Below are positions 27,811 to 40,989 of a DNA stretch of 64,000 nucleotides, one piece after another. The stretch lies in NCBI RefSeq assembly GCF_009914755.1, contig NC_060926.1, one strand, 5' to 3'. How positions within the stretch are numbered: position 1 is the first letter of the stretch; each line of letters begins with the position of its first letter. The notes below the pieces were generated by a model. That model was not told where the DNA came from. It was given only the letters and a program-made list of their open reading frames with translations, and made no database searches. The position numbers and the translations under genes were made by a program. The stretch comes from the human T2T-CHM13v2.0 reference genome, Homo sapiens.

Positions 27811-30488
27811 TCTGACTCCACATCAACCTCCCATCTTCAGTTTTTTTTCACTGAGACCACTTAACCACCTCATAGTTGTAGTCACCACTTCTGCTCTCCA
27901 GACTAGCACTCTTAGAACTACCTGGTGAATTGGAGTGTCTCCTTTTAGGTCGATGTGGTACATGTCTAGTTTGTATCAACCTTCTGAAAATGTTATGGTA
28001 TTTACACTTACTTTCTCTGACCACTAAAACCACTTGTGGCTGCATTGCATTCTGGCAGTTGTGAGTAATGTGATTAGCACAAACCCAGGTACATGATTCT
28101 CTCTTTTAAAATATTGCTTCCAGTTATTTCTTTTATTCACTCAGACAGACATGGTATAGGATTCTTGAGACTGTTTTTCTAGCAATTTAACAGAAATTAT
28201 CTGTCTTATGAAAAGTAACTAAAAATACTGGTTTAATATAAAAATACATAGCATATCAATGATATGGTAAGAAGGTTAGCAGTTTGCAGATGTCAAAAAC
28301 TAAGTGAAAGTACAAACCCAGAGAGCCAAGCAAAACAGTGAGTATGATTTGTGTTCTTAGGATACTCATCAAACCAAGAAGAACTTGAGTTTTCTTTTCA
28401 CATCTTCACAGGTCACAGGAGATGGAGGACTAGTACCCACAAGGGAAGGAGATGACATCTCATAGGTAACCCTCCCCATAGATCTGGGACCCCAAACAGC
28501 CATCCTCTAAAAGTAAATAGAAATGTCACCTTCCCCTAAGGGATCAGCAAGACAAATTGCTCTTCTCCAGCCTTGACCAGAAGAAAAAACTCTTCTCCAG
28601 AAATTCATACTACAAGCCAGTCTTCACTGGCTAGGTTTGCAGATAGAGTCCACAGCACTTGGGTGTGCTCAAATAAAACTAAAAGCGTGCATTTAATTAA
28701 AGTGATGCTGAATCAATAGGCTCTCCAGGCACGTAGCAGAAGCAAATGCAAATCCTATTTAAAGGAACCTCTTTTCAATCTAAGCCTCAGTAAATTTGCA
28801 TAAACAAAGTACTAAAGAATATGAATTCAAGTTCAATCACAAAACATACAAACAAAACAGTAAAAAACATGAGCAAGGATAATGTGAGCCACAAACTTCC
28901 TACTTTAGAAACATATTTTAAAAGAGTATGGGATAAAGAGGTTTAGCATATCTAATGAATTAAAATAGGGGATACAAATGAGTAAAAAAGAGGAGTCACC
29001 ATAAAAATGACCAAGCAGGTATAAAAATAACCAAAGAGATCAATGGAAGAGACACTATAATAATTGAAATTAAAAACTTAATACCAACCTTCTAGATTAG
29101 ATTAGATATAGATAAAAAGAGAATTCATAACCTGGATTATATTTCTGAAGAAATTATCTGAAATGCAGTATAGAGAGACAAAGACATAGAAAACATCGCA
29201 GAGTTATTAACAGATATGGAGGATAGAGTGAAAAAATCTAAGGCATGTATGTACTTGGAGTTTTCGTAAGAGAAGAGGTAAGCAGCATGTGAAAATAAAA
29301 TGGCTGACAATTTAAAAATATTAATTAACAACATCCATCCTCAGATTAAAAAAAAACCAAGTAGGATAAATGTAACCATCCACATTTAAATATACAATAA
29401 TGAAAATGGATATCACCAAAGATAAAGAGATGATTTTAAAATCAGACAGAAAAGACAAATTATCTAAGGATGATGATTAAAATAACAGTTGACTTATTAG
29501 TGGCAACAGAAGACAAAGAGAATAGAGTAAAATTTTCAGAGTATAGAAAGAAAATAATTGTTGAATCTAGAATTCAATATTCCACAAATATTTTTTAAGA
29601 ATAAGGGGGAAATAAAGATATTTTCATCAAAGAAGTCTGAGATGCAAGGAAGAATGATGATCAAAGAAAGTAATAAATATGTTTGTAATCAAAACAAACA
29701 TTGACTATATAAAACAATAATTGCCACTTTTAAGTTTATGAAAGAAAAAAGTAATATAAAATAAAAATACATAAAGCAATAGTGCTTAAAGGGAAAATAT
29801 TATTAGAGTTATAGTGTTCTAACATCATTGATTTGTTCAGGAGGGTGAAGATAATGATTAGCTTTACAATTTCATAAGTTAGCCTGCGTGTTAAGATTCC
29901 TAGAGCAGTCACTAAGAGAAATGAAAGAGTGTTAAGTAAAAAGAAAAAACAGAATGAGAAAACATATTCAGTTAATTCAAAAGAAAAAAAATAAAGCAAA
30001 AACAAGTATAGAAAAGGTAGGACAAATTTCAGTTTGAAATAAGGTAGAAATAAACCTAAATATACCAGTAATTATAAGAAATGTAAATGATTAAATAATC
30101 CAGTGAATGACAAAGAAACATATATAACACACAAAAATGTAAATAGGTTGAATATGAAAGGATAGGGAAAGGTATCTCATCAAATACTTTCCAAAAACAG
30201 AAAAGAAAAGCAAAAGATGTAAGTACAGCTTGATTACTAGACATTAAGCTAAAAAGGATTATTCAGATTTAAAAGGTAACTGTGTAATAATAAATGATTC
30301 AATTCACATGGAAAATATAAAATTTTAAAATGTTTGTCTCCTAAAACACATAAAGCAAAATCTTTTCCTCTAAAACAGATAAGGCAAAAATGAAGACAAA
30401 CAAGAATAAATAAATTTATTATCATATTGAAACATTTTAACAATGCCTATCACTAACTGAGAAAAATAAATCAGTAAGATTTGGAATT

Positions 30489-30793
30489 GAACCAGGTGTA
30501 GTGGCTCATGTCTGTGATACTAACACTTTGAGAGACGGAGGCAGGAGGATCACTTGAGCTCAGGAGTTCAAGATCAACCTGGGCAACATAGAGACACTTT
30601 GTCTCTACAAAAAAAATTTTAAAAATTAGTCAGTCATGGTGGTACGCGCCTGTAGTCTCAGCTACTTGGGTGGCTGACATAGGAGGATAACTTGAGCATA
30701 GCATATAGAGGCTGCAGTGGACCATGTTTGTGTGACTACGCTCCAGCCTGGGCAACAGAGTGAGACCCTGTCTCAAAAAAAAAAAAAAAAAAA
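30489..30793 (+). mobile_element. AluJ
   Basis: ggaggatcacttgagctcaggagttcaagatcaacctgggcaacata; poly(A) tail. Confidence 0.93.
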
Positions 30794-31149
30794 GATGAAA
30801 TTAAAAGACAATTTGCAAGCTTGATCTAATGAACCTAAAAAGAAGATTCATATTTTTCTGTTCTTTTTCAAAATGTAAAGCTCAATCTCAAATGTATATC
30901 ATCACCACATAATTCTGCAAGAATCTCTAAAAATACACAGCCTTGTTTGTACATGACTGAAACCAAAATTATGCCTGATAAAATTATGAATGATTTCTTG
31001 GTATTATCCAAAATCCAATTCATACCATATGAAAATGGTCATGATTGTTTAAATGTATTTTCCACTTGGTTTATTGGAAATGCAATCCAAACAATTGCCT
31101 TTCTCTTTACTTCTTCCCTTTTTTCATCAGGCCACTGAGTGGTGGAAGA

Positions 31150-31700
31150 ACTTGGGTCAGTTCTAAAAAGTGTCTCACATTCTCGATTTCTCTGATTGCT
31201 TCATTGTGGTGTTAATTAACTCATTCCTTTGTCTCCTGTATTCTCTATAAATGGAATTTAACCCTGAACTTGATTAGATTCCCTTTCAATTTGGGAGTCT
31301 TGGTTGGGGGGAGTACTTAATATTACATCACAACCAGATGACACCACACTTGATTGTCCCTCTGTTTGTAATGTGAAGATTGATCATTTGGTTCATTTGG
31401 TCATTGCCTGATCCCTTCACTCTTAAGTTCTCCATCAAGCTGGGTGTGGTGTTGCACTTGAAGTCCTAGCTTCTTGGGCAGCTGAGGCAGGAGGATCACT
31501 TGAACTCAGGAGTTTGAATCCAGCCAGGACAACATAGTGAGATACCATCTCTTTAAAAAAGAAAAAAACAAAAAGTAAAAAATAAATAAATAAATTCTCC
31601 ATCAATCTTTCTCTTAATAGTGTCATCCATGATGACCATTGTCTAAATCCATTATTTCATTAGGTTTTTCAAAATGACATTTTTTATTTTCAAGTACATG
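31150..31700 (-). mobile_element. Old L1 (L1MC-like) 3' UTR fragment, antisense, hosting a FLAM
   Basis: cttgattagattcc...gtgaagattgatcatttggttc...ctaaatccattatttcattagg. Confidence 0.5.
31439..31590 (+). mobile_element. FLAM_A (free left Alu monomer)
   Basis: Monomer ending catctct plus A-tail; TSD taagttctccatcaa/taaattctccatcaa. Confidence 0.88.
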
Positions 31701-32374
31701 GAGAATATTTGCGAAAATTGAAAATATTTTGCTATAAAGCAAGGATCCAAACATTAATGTATATTCAAGAATTTGTATCATACAGACCACTTTGTCTTGT
31801 CACTGTGAAATTCAAATGAGATTTTTTAGAAAGATAACTTGAAAAATGTCAATACTTTAAAATTCTATTTTAGTCAACTTTAAACATAATATGAAAAAAT
31901 GTAAAAGCAAATTTCATTTTTAAGCTAAAATTAAAAATTTCTAATCAAAATATTGGAACACTGACATCTAGCAATGTGTAATAAAGTGGAATTCTTTTCA
32001 GGAGGAAGATTGATTAAACATTAAGAAAATCACATAATTCAGTTTACCAACCTAAGAGATAAATGGGAAAAAAAGATGGCATGATTATATTAATAGAGGA
32101 AGTAAAAGCCTTCAATAAACTAAACAGCCATTCATATTTTTTAAAGAAAGAAAACATAAAAGAAAAGCACTTAGCAAAGTAAAGAGAAAGGGAAATTGTA
32201 TTAATCTGATAAATAGTAACCTACAAAACCTAGTACTTTACAGTACTATGGTGAAAGAGTTGGCTTTAACATCATAAAAATCACAAGGGTGTCTGCATCA
32301 GCAATTCTGTCTGACATTATATTGTGTGTCTTAGCTAGTGCAGTAAGGGAAGAAAAATAAAGAAAAGGTATAGA

Positions 32375-32910
32375 AGAGGCTATATGATGTAACCTTTAAG
32401 GGTTGGACCAGACTGCCTGGATTTAAATCATTTCTCTATTGCTTACAAATTAAGTAATGAACAAGCTTAACAAGCTTAGTAGCTAAGTATTTTATTCTAT
32501 ATGTGCTTCAGTTTCCATAATGGAAATAATAATACCTACCTGATGGGAGGTTATTAATGTTAAATTAGTTAATATTTGTAAGTGCTCAAAATAGTGTCTG
32601 ACATGGGAGGGAAACAACACACACTGGAACCTGTCAGGGAGTGTGGGGAAAGGGAGAGCATCAGAAATAATAGCTAACAGATGCTGGGTTTAATACCTCG
32701 GTAAGGGGTTGATCTGTGTAGCAAACCACCACGGCACACATTTACCTGTGTAACAAACCAGCACATCCTGCACATGTACCCTGGAACTTAAAATAAAAGT
32801 TGAAGAAAACAAACAAACAAACAGAAAATACACCAATAAAAATAAAAGTGGAATCACTAAAAAAATAAAATAGTGTCTGAGACATGATAGGTACTATATG
32901 TGCCTATTAA
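32375..32910 (+). mobile_element. MIR split by an L1PA fragment
   Basis: ccagactgcctggatttaaatc...gtgcttcagtttcc...aagtgctcaaaatagtgtctga[L1]gacatgataggtact. Confidence 0.75.
32602..32866 (+). mobile_element. L1PA13-16-like 3' end with an extended tail
   Basis: aacaacacacactgg...gcaaaccaccacggcacac...cacatgtaccctggaacttaaaataaaa; perfect 14-bp TSD aaaatagtgtctga (32588-32601 and 32867-32880). Confidence 0.92.
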
Positions 32911-33329
32911 ATAAGTATAATAGAAAGAAAAAAGGAATTACTCATCACAGATGATAAGACTATGTAGAAAACTCAATAGCAATATAATATATTAGAATAA
33001 ATTAGATGGTAAAGCAGGTGTGTTGAATACAAAATCAACACATAAAATTAGTAATTTACTACATACAAATAAGTAATGTTGAAAAACACATTTTAAAACA
33101 GATAAATTTTACCATGACATAAAAAAATCAGGTGCCTAGTAATAATTATAACAAAATGTACATATGCTATTTGTGGAAAAATAAAGCTTTATTGAAAGAA
33201 AATAAGAAAATCTAAATAAACAGAATTATACCATGTTCATGGATAGGAAAATTCAATAGTATAAAGATGTTAATTTTTCCTAAATTGATTTACCGAATTG
33301 TGACAGATGATTTTTTTCTAATATGGACA

Positions 33330-33780
33330 TAGCCAGATTAGAAAGTTGGGAGTGTGTGTGTCTATGTTCATCCCCTTGAATTTGATGAGCTATGGTAGAA
33401 ACAATAATATTTGGTACTAAGGCTAGGTCATAACTATTGATGTGATTTCTGCCTGTTCCTCTTGGGACTCTTATTTGTTCCAGAAATCTGGTCTCATTGT
33501 CATGAGAAAGTAGAGAAATCACGTGGATAGGATACGTGAAGCAGTTTTGAACAACAGCCCTAACTGAAGTTCCAGCTGACATCAGCTTTCACTTCCAGAT
33601 ATATGAACAAATTATATATATGGCCACCATTAGACAAGAGCCACATGAGAGACCCTCAAGAAAGAACTGCCTAATTCATCTCAGTTAACCCCCAGAACTG
33701 TGAAATATAATAAATAAAAATGATTCTTTTATGTCATTAAGTTTAGAGTGATTTATAACAAAACAATACATACTTAGAAT
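33330..33780 (+). mobile_element. MLT1H-like MaLR LTR
   Basis: ggctaggtcataa...cagccctaactgaagttccagctgacatcagc...catgagagaccc...cccagaactgtga...attaagtttagagtgattt. Confidence 0.7.
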
Positions 33781-34309
33781 GAGTCAAATTATTCTGCTTA
33801 AAATTCCTACTTTTTTTTTTAACTTGCAAGCTAATTCTAAAATGATAGATACACCTAAAAAAGAAAAACAAAGTGAGGGGTCTTTCCTTTTCAGACATCA
33901 AAATTTATAATAAACTAAAAAATAAGTTAGGTGATATTGCCATAGGGATAGACAAATAGATTAATTGAACAGAAGAAAAAAATTACACTGAAATCTAGCA
34001 GTAATGATGTGGAATTTTTTTCCAGAGGAAAGAATTAATAAACAAGGTTTACATATAGAGGCTAACTTAATTTATTGGCATGAAAATTAGAAGGGAAAGA
34101 ACAGACTTTAATGACTGGTGCTGGGGAAAGAAAGCAATTATCCAATAAGAGTGCTTTATAACATTTAGAAGATGATACAAAAGAAAAACATTTACCTAAA
34201 GCTGTTCAATGAATGTATGTTGAATGATTAAAGTTACTATAAGATTCCCTTATGAAGTTTTATTTAAATTTATTATATTTTATCTGCCCAGCTTTTCCTG
34301 TGGCATAAT

Positions 34310-34830
34310 TGTTACCAGAAAGGTGCCCAAATCCAGACCCCAAGAGAGGGTTCTTGTATCTCATGCAAGAAAGAATTCAGGGCGAGTCCATAGAGTAAAG
34401 TGAAAGCAAGTTTATTAAGAAAGTAAAGGAGCAGCCCCGAGGGCTCCTGGTTGCCCATATTTATGGTTATTTCTTGATGATATGCAAAACAAGGCATGGA
34501 TTATTCATGCCTCCCCTTTTTAGACCATATAGGGTAACTTCCTGATGTTGCCATGGCAACTGTAAACTGTCATGGTGCTGGTGGGAGTGTGGCAGTGAGG
34601 ATGCCCAGAGGTCACTCTCGTAGCCGTCTTGGTTTGGGTGGGTTTGGGCTGGGTTCTTTACTGCAACTTGTTTTGTCAGCAAGGTCTTTATAACTTGTAT
34701 CTTGTGCTGACCTCCTGTCTCATCCTGTAACGTAGAATGCCTGTCTGGGAATGCAACCCAGTAGGTTTCAGCCATATTTTACCTAGCTCCTATTCGAGAT
34801 GGAGTTGCTCTGGTTAAAACGCCTCTGACA
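34310..34830 (-). mobile_element. MER41A solo LTR (ERV1)
   Basis: Minus strand starts tgtcagaggcgttttaaccagagcaactccatc and ends ggtaaca; 4-bp TSD taat; lacks the MER41B GAS-containing insert. Confidence 0.93.
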
Positions 34831-35399
34831 TAATGGTTTAATTTTTCAAAGTATAGAATTATAACAATTATCACGATATTTTAAACTTGGAAGTAGGAAC
34901 TTCCTAATACTAAAAAAAAAAAAAATCTATTGTCCCTGTGGTTTGGACACAATATATCTTCGTTTTATTAGAGTCAATAATAAATACTATTGTCTAATAA
35001 CTTATACTCAAACTCATAGTAATTTAGCTTATAAATTCAGAGTGTCACTTTTAAAAAGTTAAGTGGTCAAATGATGTTAATATTTTAGGTGTACACTCTT
35101 ACGTGGAAGTAGGAGATTTATTATTATCCTGCCTATATATAAGTCCTTCAAGCAATGAAGGAATGAAGAGTTTGCTGTGCCTTTAATTTTGGCCACTCAC
35201 TACATGATGATGCCTCATAAGGGAATTCCTAGTGTGCTCTTCCACTCAATACAAACATAAAAACAATTTCAGTTGCAGAAAATGGGAGGACAGTGGAGTA
35301 CTACTTATCCACTGAACTCCATTACCATCTATAGCTGCTTTGAATAATTGACCTCACTTTTTTTTCTTTTTGCCAGAATTAGTTGGATAAATGCCTTAG

Positions 35400-35650
35400 T
35401 TTTCCATTTTACGTAATCTGTGTAGACAGAGCCAAAGAATCCCTCCTCCGCCAAACACAAGCTTTCCCACTGCACAAATGATGCTAATGCCCTTGATTGA
35501 CATGACACAGCACTCTAAACCATTTGCCTCCAGTGAATTCATCAAGCAAGAATGTCTGAAAGCAGAGTAACTCCTCTGTTTAAACACTTAAATGCACAGC
35601 AAATAACTGCTCGCCTTTTTTTCTTCACTAGTCTGCTGTCTCATGGAGCA
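35400..35650. promoter_or_regulatory. Candidate enhancer-like segment
   Basis: TGATTGACAT (PBX-MEIS/PREP-like) at 35494-35503; palindromic TGTTTAAACA (forkhead-like) at 35577-35586; non-repetitive. Confidence 0.3.
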
Positions 35651-36693
35651 GTGTATTATTACAGATAATCTACAATGAATAAAGGACAAAGCATTCTGTA
35701 TTCAAAATATACACACGCATTTGCCAAGTTTACTGAACCTGTGATTTTTCAAAATAAAAGATACAATATTTATTTCAAAAATGATATAATTAAGAGGGGC
35801 TTACTACAGAGCAGCAACTACACAATGCTATATAACCAAACCATAACACCAATAAACAGGTTTTGCAGACAGACACCTATTGTCAGTAAGATTAGTTGAA
35901 CTCAAAATAATGCCAGGAAACCTCTTTCATGCTTCAACAGAACATAATTTGTTTCAAGTAATGATGACTAGTTATGTATAATTATCTGATTATTGGGGAA
36001 AAAACTTGCCTAAACAACTTTGGTGTGCTGCATTATAAGGTTTCATTTAGTCTCTGAATTATTTAATGTTTATGTAGTTCTGAGACAAACTGCACAATTC
36101 AAAATCAATTAAAACATTTGCCCAGATCCCCCATAACTTGTAAATTGGCATGACATGGTAGGATACATATTAAGTTGGAAGTTTTTTTGGAAACTAGTAG
36201 AGGCTTCAAAAACTAATGAGGTTTTCCAGAAGAGAATAGTTTATAAATCATCAGTCAATAAAAATGATTCATGAAATTATATCAATTTTAATATAAAACA
36301 GCATAATTCTTATCTCATGTAGGTAGACTTTTAAGATGTATGAGAAAGTGAATTGCTTATACCATGTAAATGAAAATAATCATTCAGTGTCTAGCACAGT
36401 CTTTCAAATCAGGAAAAATATTTAGATTCATACACACAAAATTTTTAGTCATTGTTATTCTTCCAGGTTACTTGGAAACACAATGAATGAAACTAATGTT
36501 ATTTTCTATTCGACTGGCATAAATTAACTTTGCTTCTTGGAACAATTTATTTTGAATACTTGCCCAATGAGTTAAAATGCTGAATATTTTTTCTTCCTAG
36601 GTGACGTCCTAGTCCCCTATGGTGGGAAGAAGGAAAGAACTTAATCTTCCCATTTATCAGGGAAAAAAAGGATTGTTATTATATTTAAACAAT

Positions 36694-37271
<578 letters not shown>

Positions 37272-37354
37272 TATTTCTATATTATGTAAATTTAAGATAA
37301 ATGTATAATGATTTGGAGCTTAGATTATCATCTCCTTGCATTGACATTATTATC

Positions 37355-37810
37355 AGTTGATAGTATTAGGAATGCTTTTGCAGCAAGTAACATAAAATAC
37401 TATTTATCTGACTTAGGCAAAGAGACACTTCTTTTTCTCATGTCATAAGGAGCTCAGAGATAGGCAGGCAGCTGATGACATTAGTTCCATGACTCAATCA
37501 TGTTGGAGTTAATATCAGTTGAATTGTTCTTGGCCTTTTCCTGATGAGTCCACGATTACTGCCTCATCTCTTGACATTGTGTACATGTCAAGGTGAGGAA
37601 GAAGGAAGGAGACTGAGATGCCAGCATTGCCCATTGCTTTTAATAGAGAAGGAAAAACTTTCCCCAAATCTACCCCTGCAGCAGAATTTCTTTTCACTGC
37701 AGTCAGAAAGATGTTCACCTGGCTAACTCTAGTTGCAAGGGTGGAAGTGAAAATTAGAGGTTGTTTTTTCTTTATCACGAAGATGGGCAAGGGAGAAAAA
37801 GATTGGACTA
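37355..37810 (-). mobile_element. Old MaLR LTR (MLT1K/L-like)
   Basis: ttaggaatgcttttgcagcaagtaaca...aaaactttccccaaatctacccc...ctctagttgcaaggg. Confidence 0.6.
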
Positions 37811-37884
37811 ATTTAAGAACAACTTGTTTTATACTGATGTTATCTAATATTCTAATTATAAAAGAGTGATTCAGCTGATCACTT

Positions 37885-38000
37885 ATACACATGAGAAAGT
37901 GAGAATACTATTTCCCTGTCTACCTCTCAGAACTGTGTGAAGGTTAAATGAGATAATATACATAAAATTGCTCTATAAACTATTAAGAACTGAAAATAAT
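37885..38000 (+). mobile_element. MIR fragment
   Basis: ctacctctcagaactgtgtgaaggttaaatgagataatatacataaa. Confidence 0.7.
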
Positions 38001-38279
38001 TTAGATTGTCAGTGTTGATATGGGAACACAGCTTCAAAGATAGTATGCAATGACACCCTTATATTAATCACTTCAATTTAGCCTTCCCATTTCCAGAAAC
38101 TCAACCTGCAGGCCTATAAACACAGCTGTATACAATTTCTGACATAGAGCTGCCTTAAGATACTCACAATAAGTGCAGAAAGAAAAGACAGCAATAAAAC
38201 CAATTAGAAATAAGGTACTATACAGGAATAAAGATGATGTAATATAATTTTTAATGGGCATCCTGTAGAAAACTTCTAG

Positions 38280-39000
38280 AAGAATCCAGAAAAATTTCAC
38301 AGTGTAAAAGTGGAAAATTTCCCTGAAATTAAGCAAAATAACTGATTAAGTTTAAAGATATGATGTTCCAGGAAAAAAAAAACTGATAAAAATTTAGCCT
38401 GTTTAAAATATTAAACTTCTAGTAATTTTTTAAAAAAGATTTTATTTTAGTCATTTCTGCACGCAATAAAAGCAAGTAAACTATTACATAAAAAAAAAAA
38501 TGAGGCCAGCCTAAGATCTCACCAGCAGCACTTAGTTTCAAAAGACTGTAGAACAATGTGTACGAAGTCCTGCTATTAGAAAAGCGTGGCCCAAGATTCT
38601 TATAACCCAGGTATAAAAACTAAAACTAGATATTCTTAAGCACACAAGAACTTGGGAAGTAGATCTATAAGCCCATCTTGAAATGAAGAGATTTATGAAA
38701 GTGAGTACTGGGCAACAAAGAGAAGAACCAAAATAAATATCTCAAGAATGGAGAAATAATTGGAAGTGACTGTTTAGGTAAATACAATCCTCAGCTAATA
38801 TTGGAAATTCAGTTTTGAAGACTAAGTTTAAATGCTATATGCCTTGATGACATAAAAATAATACAATGACAGTGGGATTTTTTTTTTGTCTATTTCTAAG
38901 GGGAAGTCAAACCTTTCTAAATTTGGATCTCATTCTAAAAACATAACTTCAAACACCTATTATTTTGATGACATTTTATTTTTAGACTTAGATATATATT
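38280..39000 (+). mobile_element. HAL1 / old L1 ORF1-like fragment
   Basis: gaaaatttccctgaaattaag (ENFPE) and cccaagattcttataacccag (PRI.YP-like). Confidence 0.5.
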
Positions 39001-39078
39001 TTTAAAATTGTAATACAGCATTAAAAATATTTATTTAGTATTCAGAAAATTCTTCAGTTTGTCCACACAATTTAATTA

Positions 39079-39128
39079 TAAAGATTGGTGCAAAAGTCAT
39101 TGCAGGTTTTGCCATTACTTTAATGACA
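39079..39128. mobile_element. Truncated MADE1 (Hsmar1 MITE)
   Basis: ttggtgcaaaagtcattgcaggttttgccattactttaatg: one arm plus the loop. Confidence 0.85.
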
Positions 39129-39256
39129 TATACAACTAATTTAGTAGTTTTTTAATTAAAAGAGCATGTAGATTAGCATCTTATTTTAATAAAATGATTT
39201 TATATATGTGTGTGTACATGTATATGTATATATACATATAAATATGTATCTTTTGT

Positions 39257-39718
39257 TGTAAACAGACTAATGCATCCCCAAAGATGTCACATCGTCATCT
39301 CCAGAATATATAAATAAGTTATAATACATGGCAAATGGGAATTAAGGTTGCAAATAGAATTATAGTTGCTGCTAATCAGCTAACTTTAAGTTAGATATTC
39401 TGGACTGCCTGGTCAGGCCCATTATAATCACGAGAGTCCTTAAAAATGGAAGAGGGAAGCAGATGGTTAGAGTGATGCAACCTGAGAAGGTTTGAACTAC
39501 ACGCGCCCGCTTTAAGGTCAGGAAAGTGGCCACAAACTGAGGAAGGTGTGCAGCTGAAAGTACTAATTTCTCCCCTAAAGCTTCCAGGAAGGAAGCGGAC
39601 AGCTTAGTTTCAGCCTCCTGGGATTTATAGCCTACAGAACTATAAAATAATATTTTTGTGTTGTTTTAAGCCATTTAGTTTGTGGTGATTTGTTACAGCA
39701 GCAATTGGAAACTAGTGT
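39257..39718 (+). mobile_element. MLT1D-like MaLR LTR
   Basis: ccccaaagatgtcac...aattaaggttgctaatcag-type core...ttttaagccatttagtttgtggtgatttgttacagcagcaattggaaacta. Confidence 0.85.
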
Positions 39719-40198
39719 GTATTTCAATATGTTTATATGCAAATAAACATATAAGAATGATGTCCCATTACAGTTAAGGATGGCTAGTTTAGAGTGGCGG
39801 GATTTACACAGTTTTAAACATGATTCCTGTGCTTTTCTGCATGCTTTTAAAAATAAATTAATATACTATTTCTATTAGGAATTTACACGAAATATATACA
39901 TTTCTCTGAGAAGCTCAGTAGAAAAAAAACACTTGCTTTACTTCGTTTAATTTAGAGTTTTCCAAATATATTTAAATGTAATGTAAAAGAGGCCAAATTC
40001 TTTACATCTTATTAGAAGGTGGAATTTCAAGAAACATGTCTACACTGAATAATTGATATCCAGTACTGTCCAGGTGATAAGTATTTTATTCATCCTGATT
40101 ACTCAGAAGTTTAGATGTGATCCATGTGTGGTACACTTAATTATCAGAGTTGGATACACTCACTGTTCTTAGTAGAAGAATCATATAACACAAAGGTA

Positions 40199-40245
40199 TG
40201 TGTGTGAGAGAGAGAGAGAGAGAGAGGTAGAGAGAGAGAGCGAGA
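40199..40245. repeat. (GT)n(GA)n microsatellite
   Basis: Read directly. Confidence 0.9.
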
Positions 40246-40311
40246 TCTAAGCTTAAGTAATTTATTCCCCCAGTTATCAGTAAGAAAGGAGAAAGGTTTT
40301 ATGGCACCTAG

Positions 40312-40576
40312 CTAATGGTCAGTTTTTATAGCAGTTATGTAAATGTGACTAACAAGTGAATTTTTCAACTTTGATTTGAAGCTGTGGATATTAGGTAAAT
40401 TCCATCCAGCGTTAGATAGAATGTTAGCTAAAAACCCAAAAGATAATCCATCCATACTGGAGAGAGTTTCCATAGGTCCTTTAATTGCCTCTTCTTCAAA
40501 CACTTTAGCTGTCCTTTGGAATTCATGCTGGTGTAGAAATAAAAGCAGGTGATTGTAGTCTGATAAATGCATGCAT
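40312..40576 (-). other. Candidate exon / short ORF with a LisH-like motif
   Basis: Branch ctgat plus ttatcttcgtttttag| acceptor at 40578-40577; frame reads MHLSDYNHLLLFLHQHEFQRTAKVFEEEA... Confidence 0.25.
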
Positions 40577-40677
40577 CTAAAAACGAAGATAAATCAGTTT
40601 TCTTTGGGTGTGATGTTTGGTTTAGCTCTACCATCTTTTAACACCTAGATAGGGATATAGATTTGCATTCTTATTTA

Positions 40678-40989
<312 letters not shown>

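Larger units (their letters stand above)
28130..34150 (+). mobile_element. Ancient, fragmented L1M element (5' region, ORF1, ORF2 pieces) with nested insertions
   Basis: Very A-rich + strand; ORF1-like gattagatatagataaaaagagaattcataacctgg...gatatggaggatagagtg; ORF2-like ccatgttcatggataggaaaattcaatag and gatagacaaatagattaattgaacagaa; boundaries approximate. Confidence 0.75.

Noticed and set aside
39079-39128. MADE1 as a miR-548-type hairpin
   Set aside because: Only one arm and the loop remain, so the long stem cannot form
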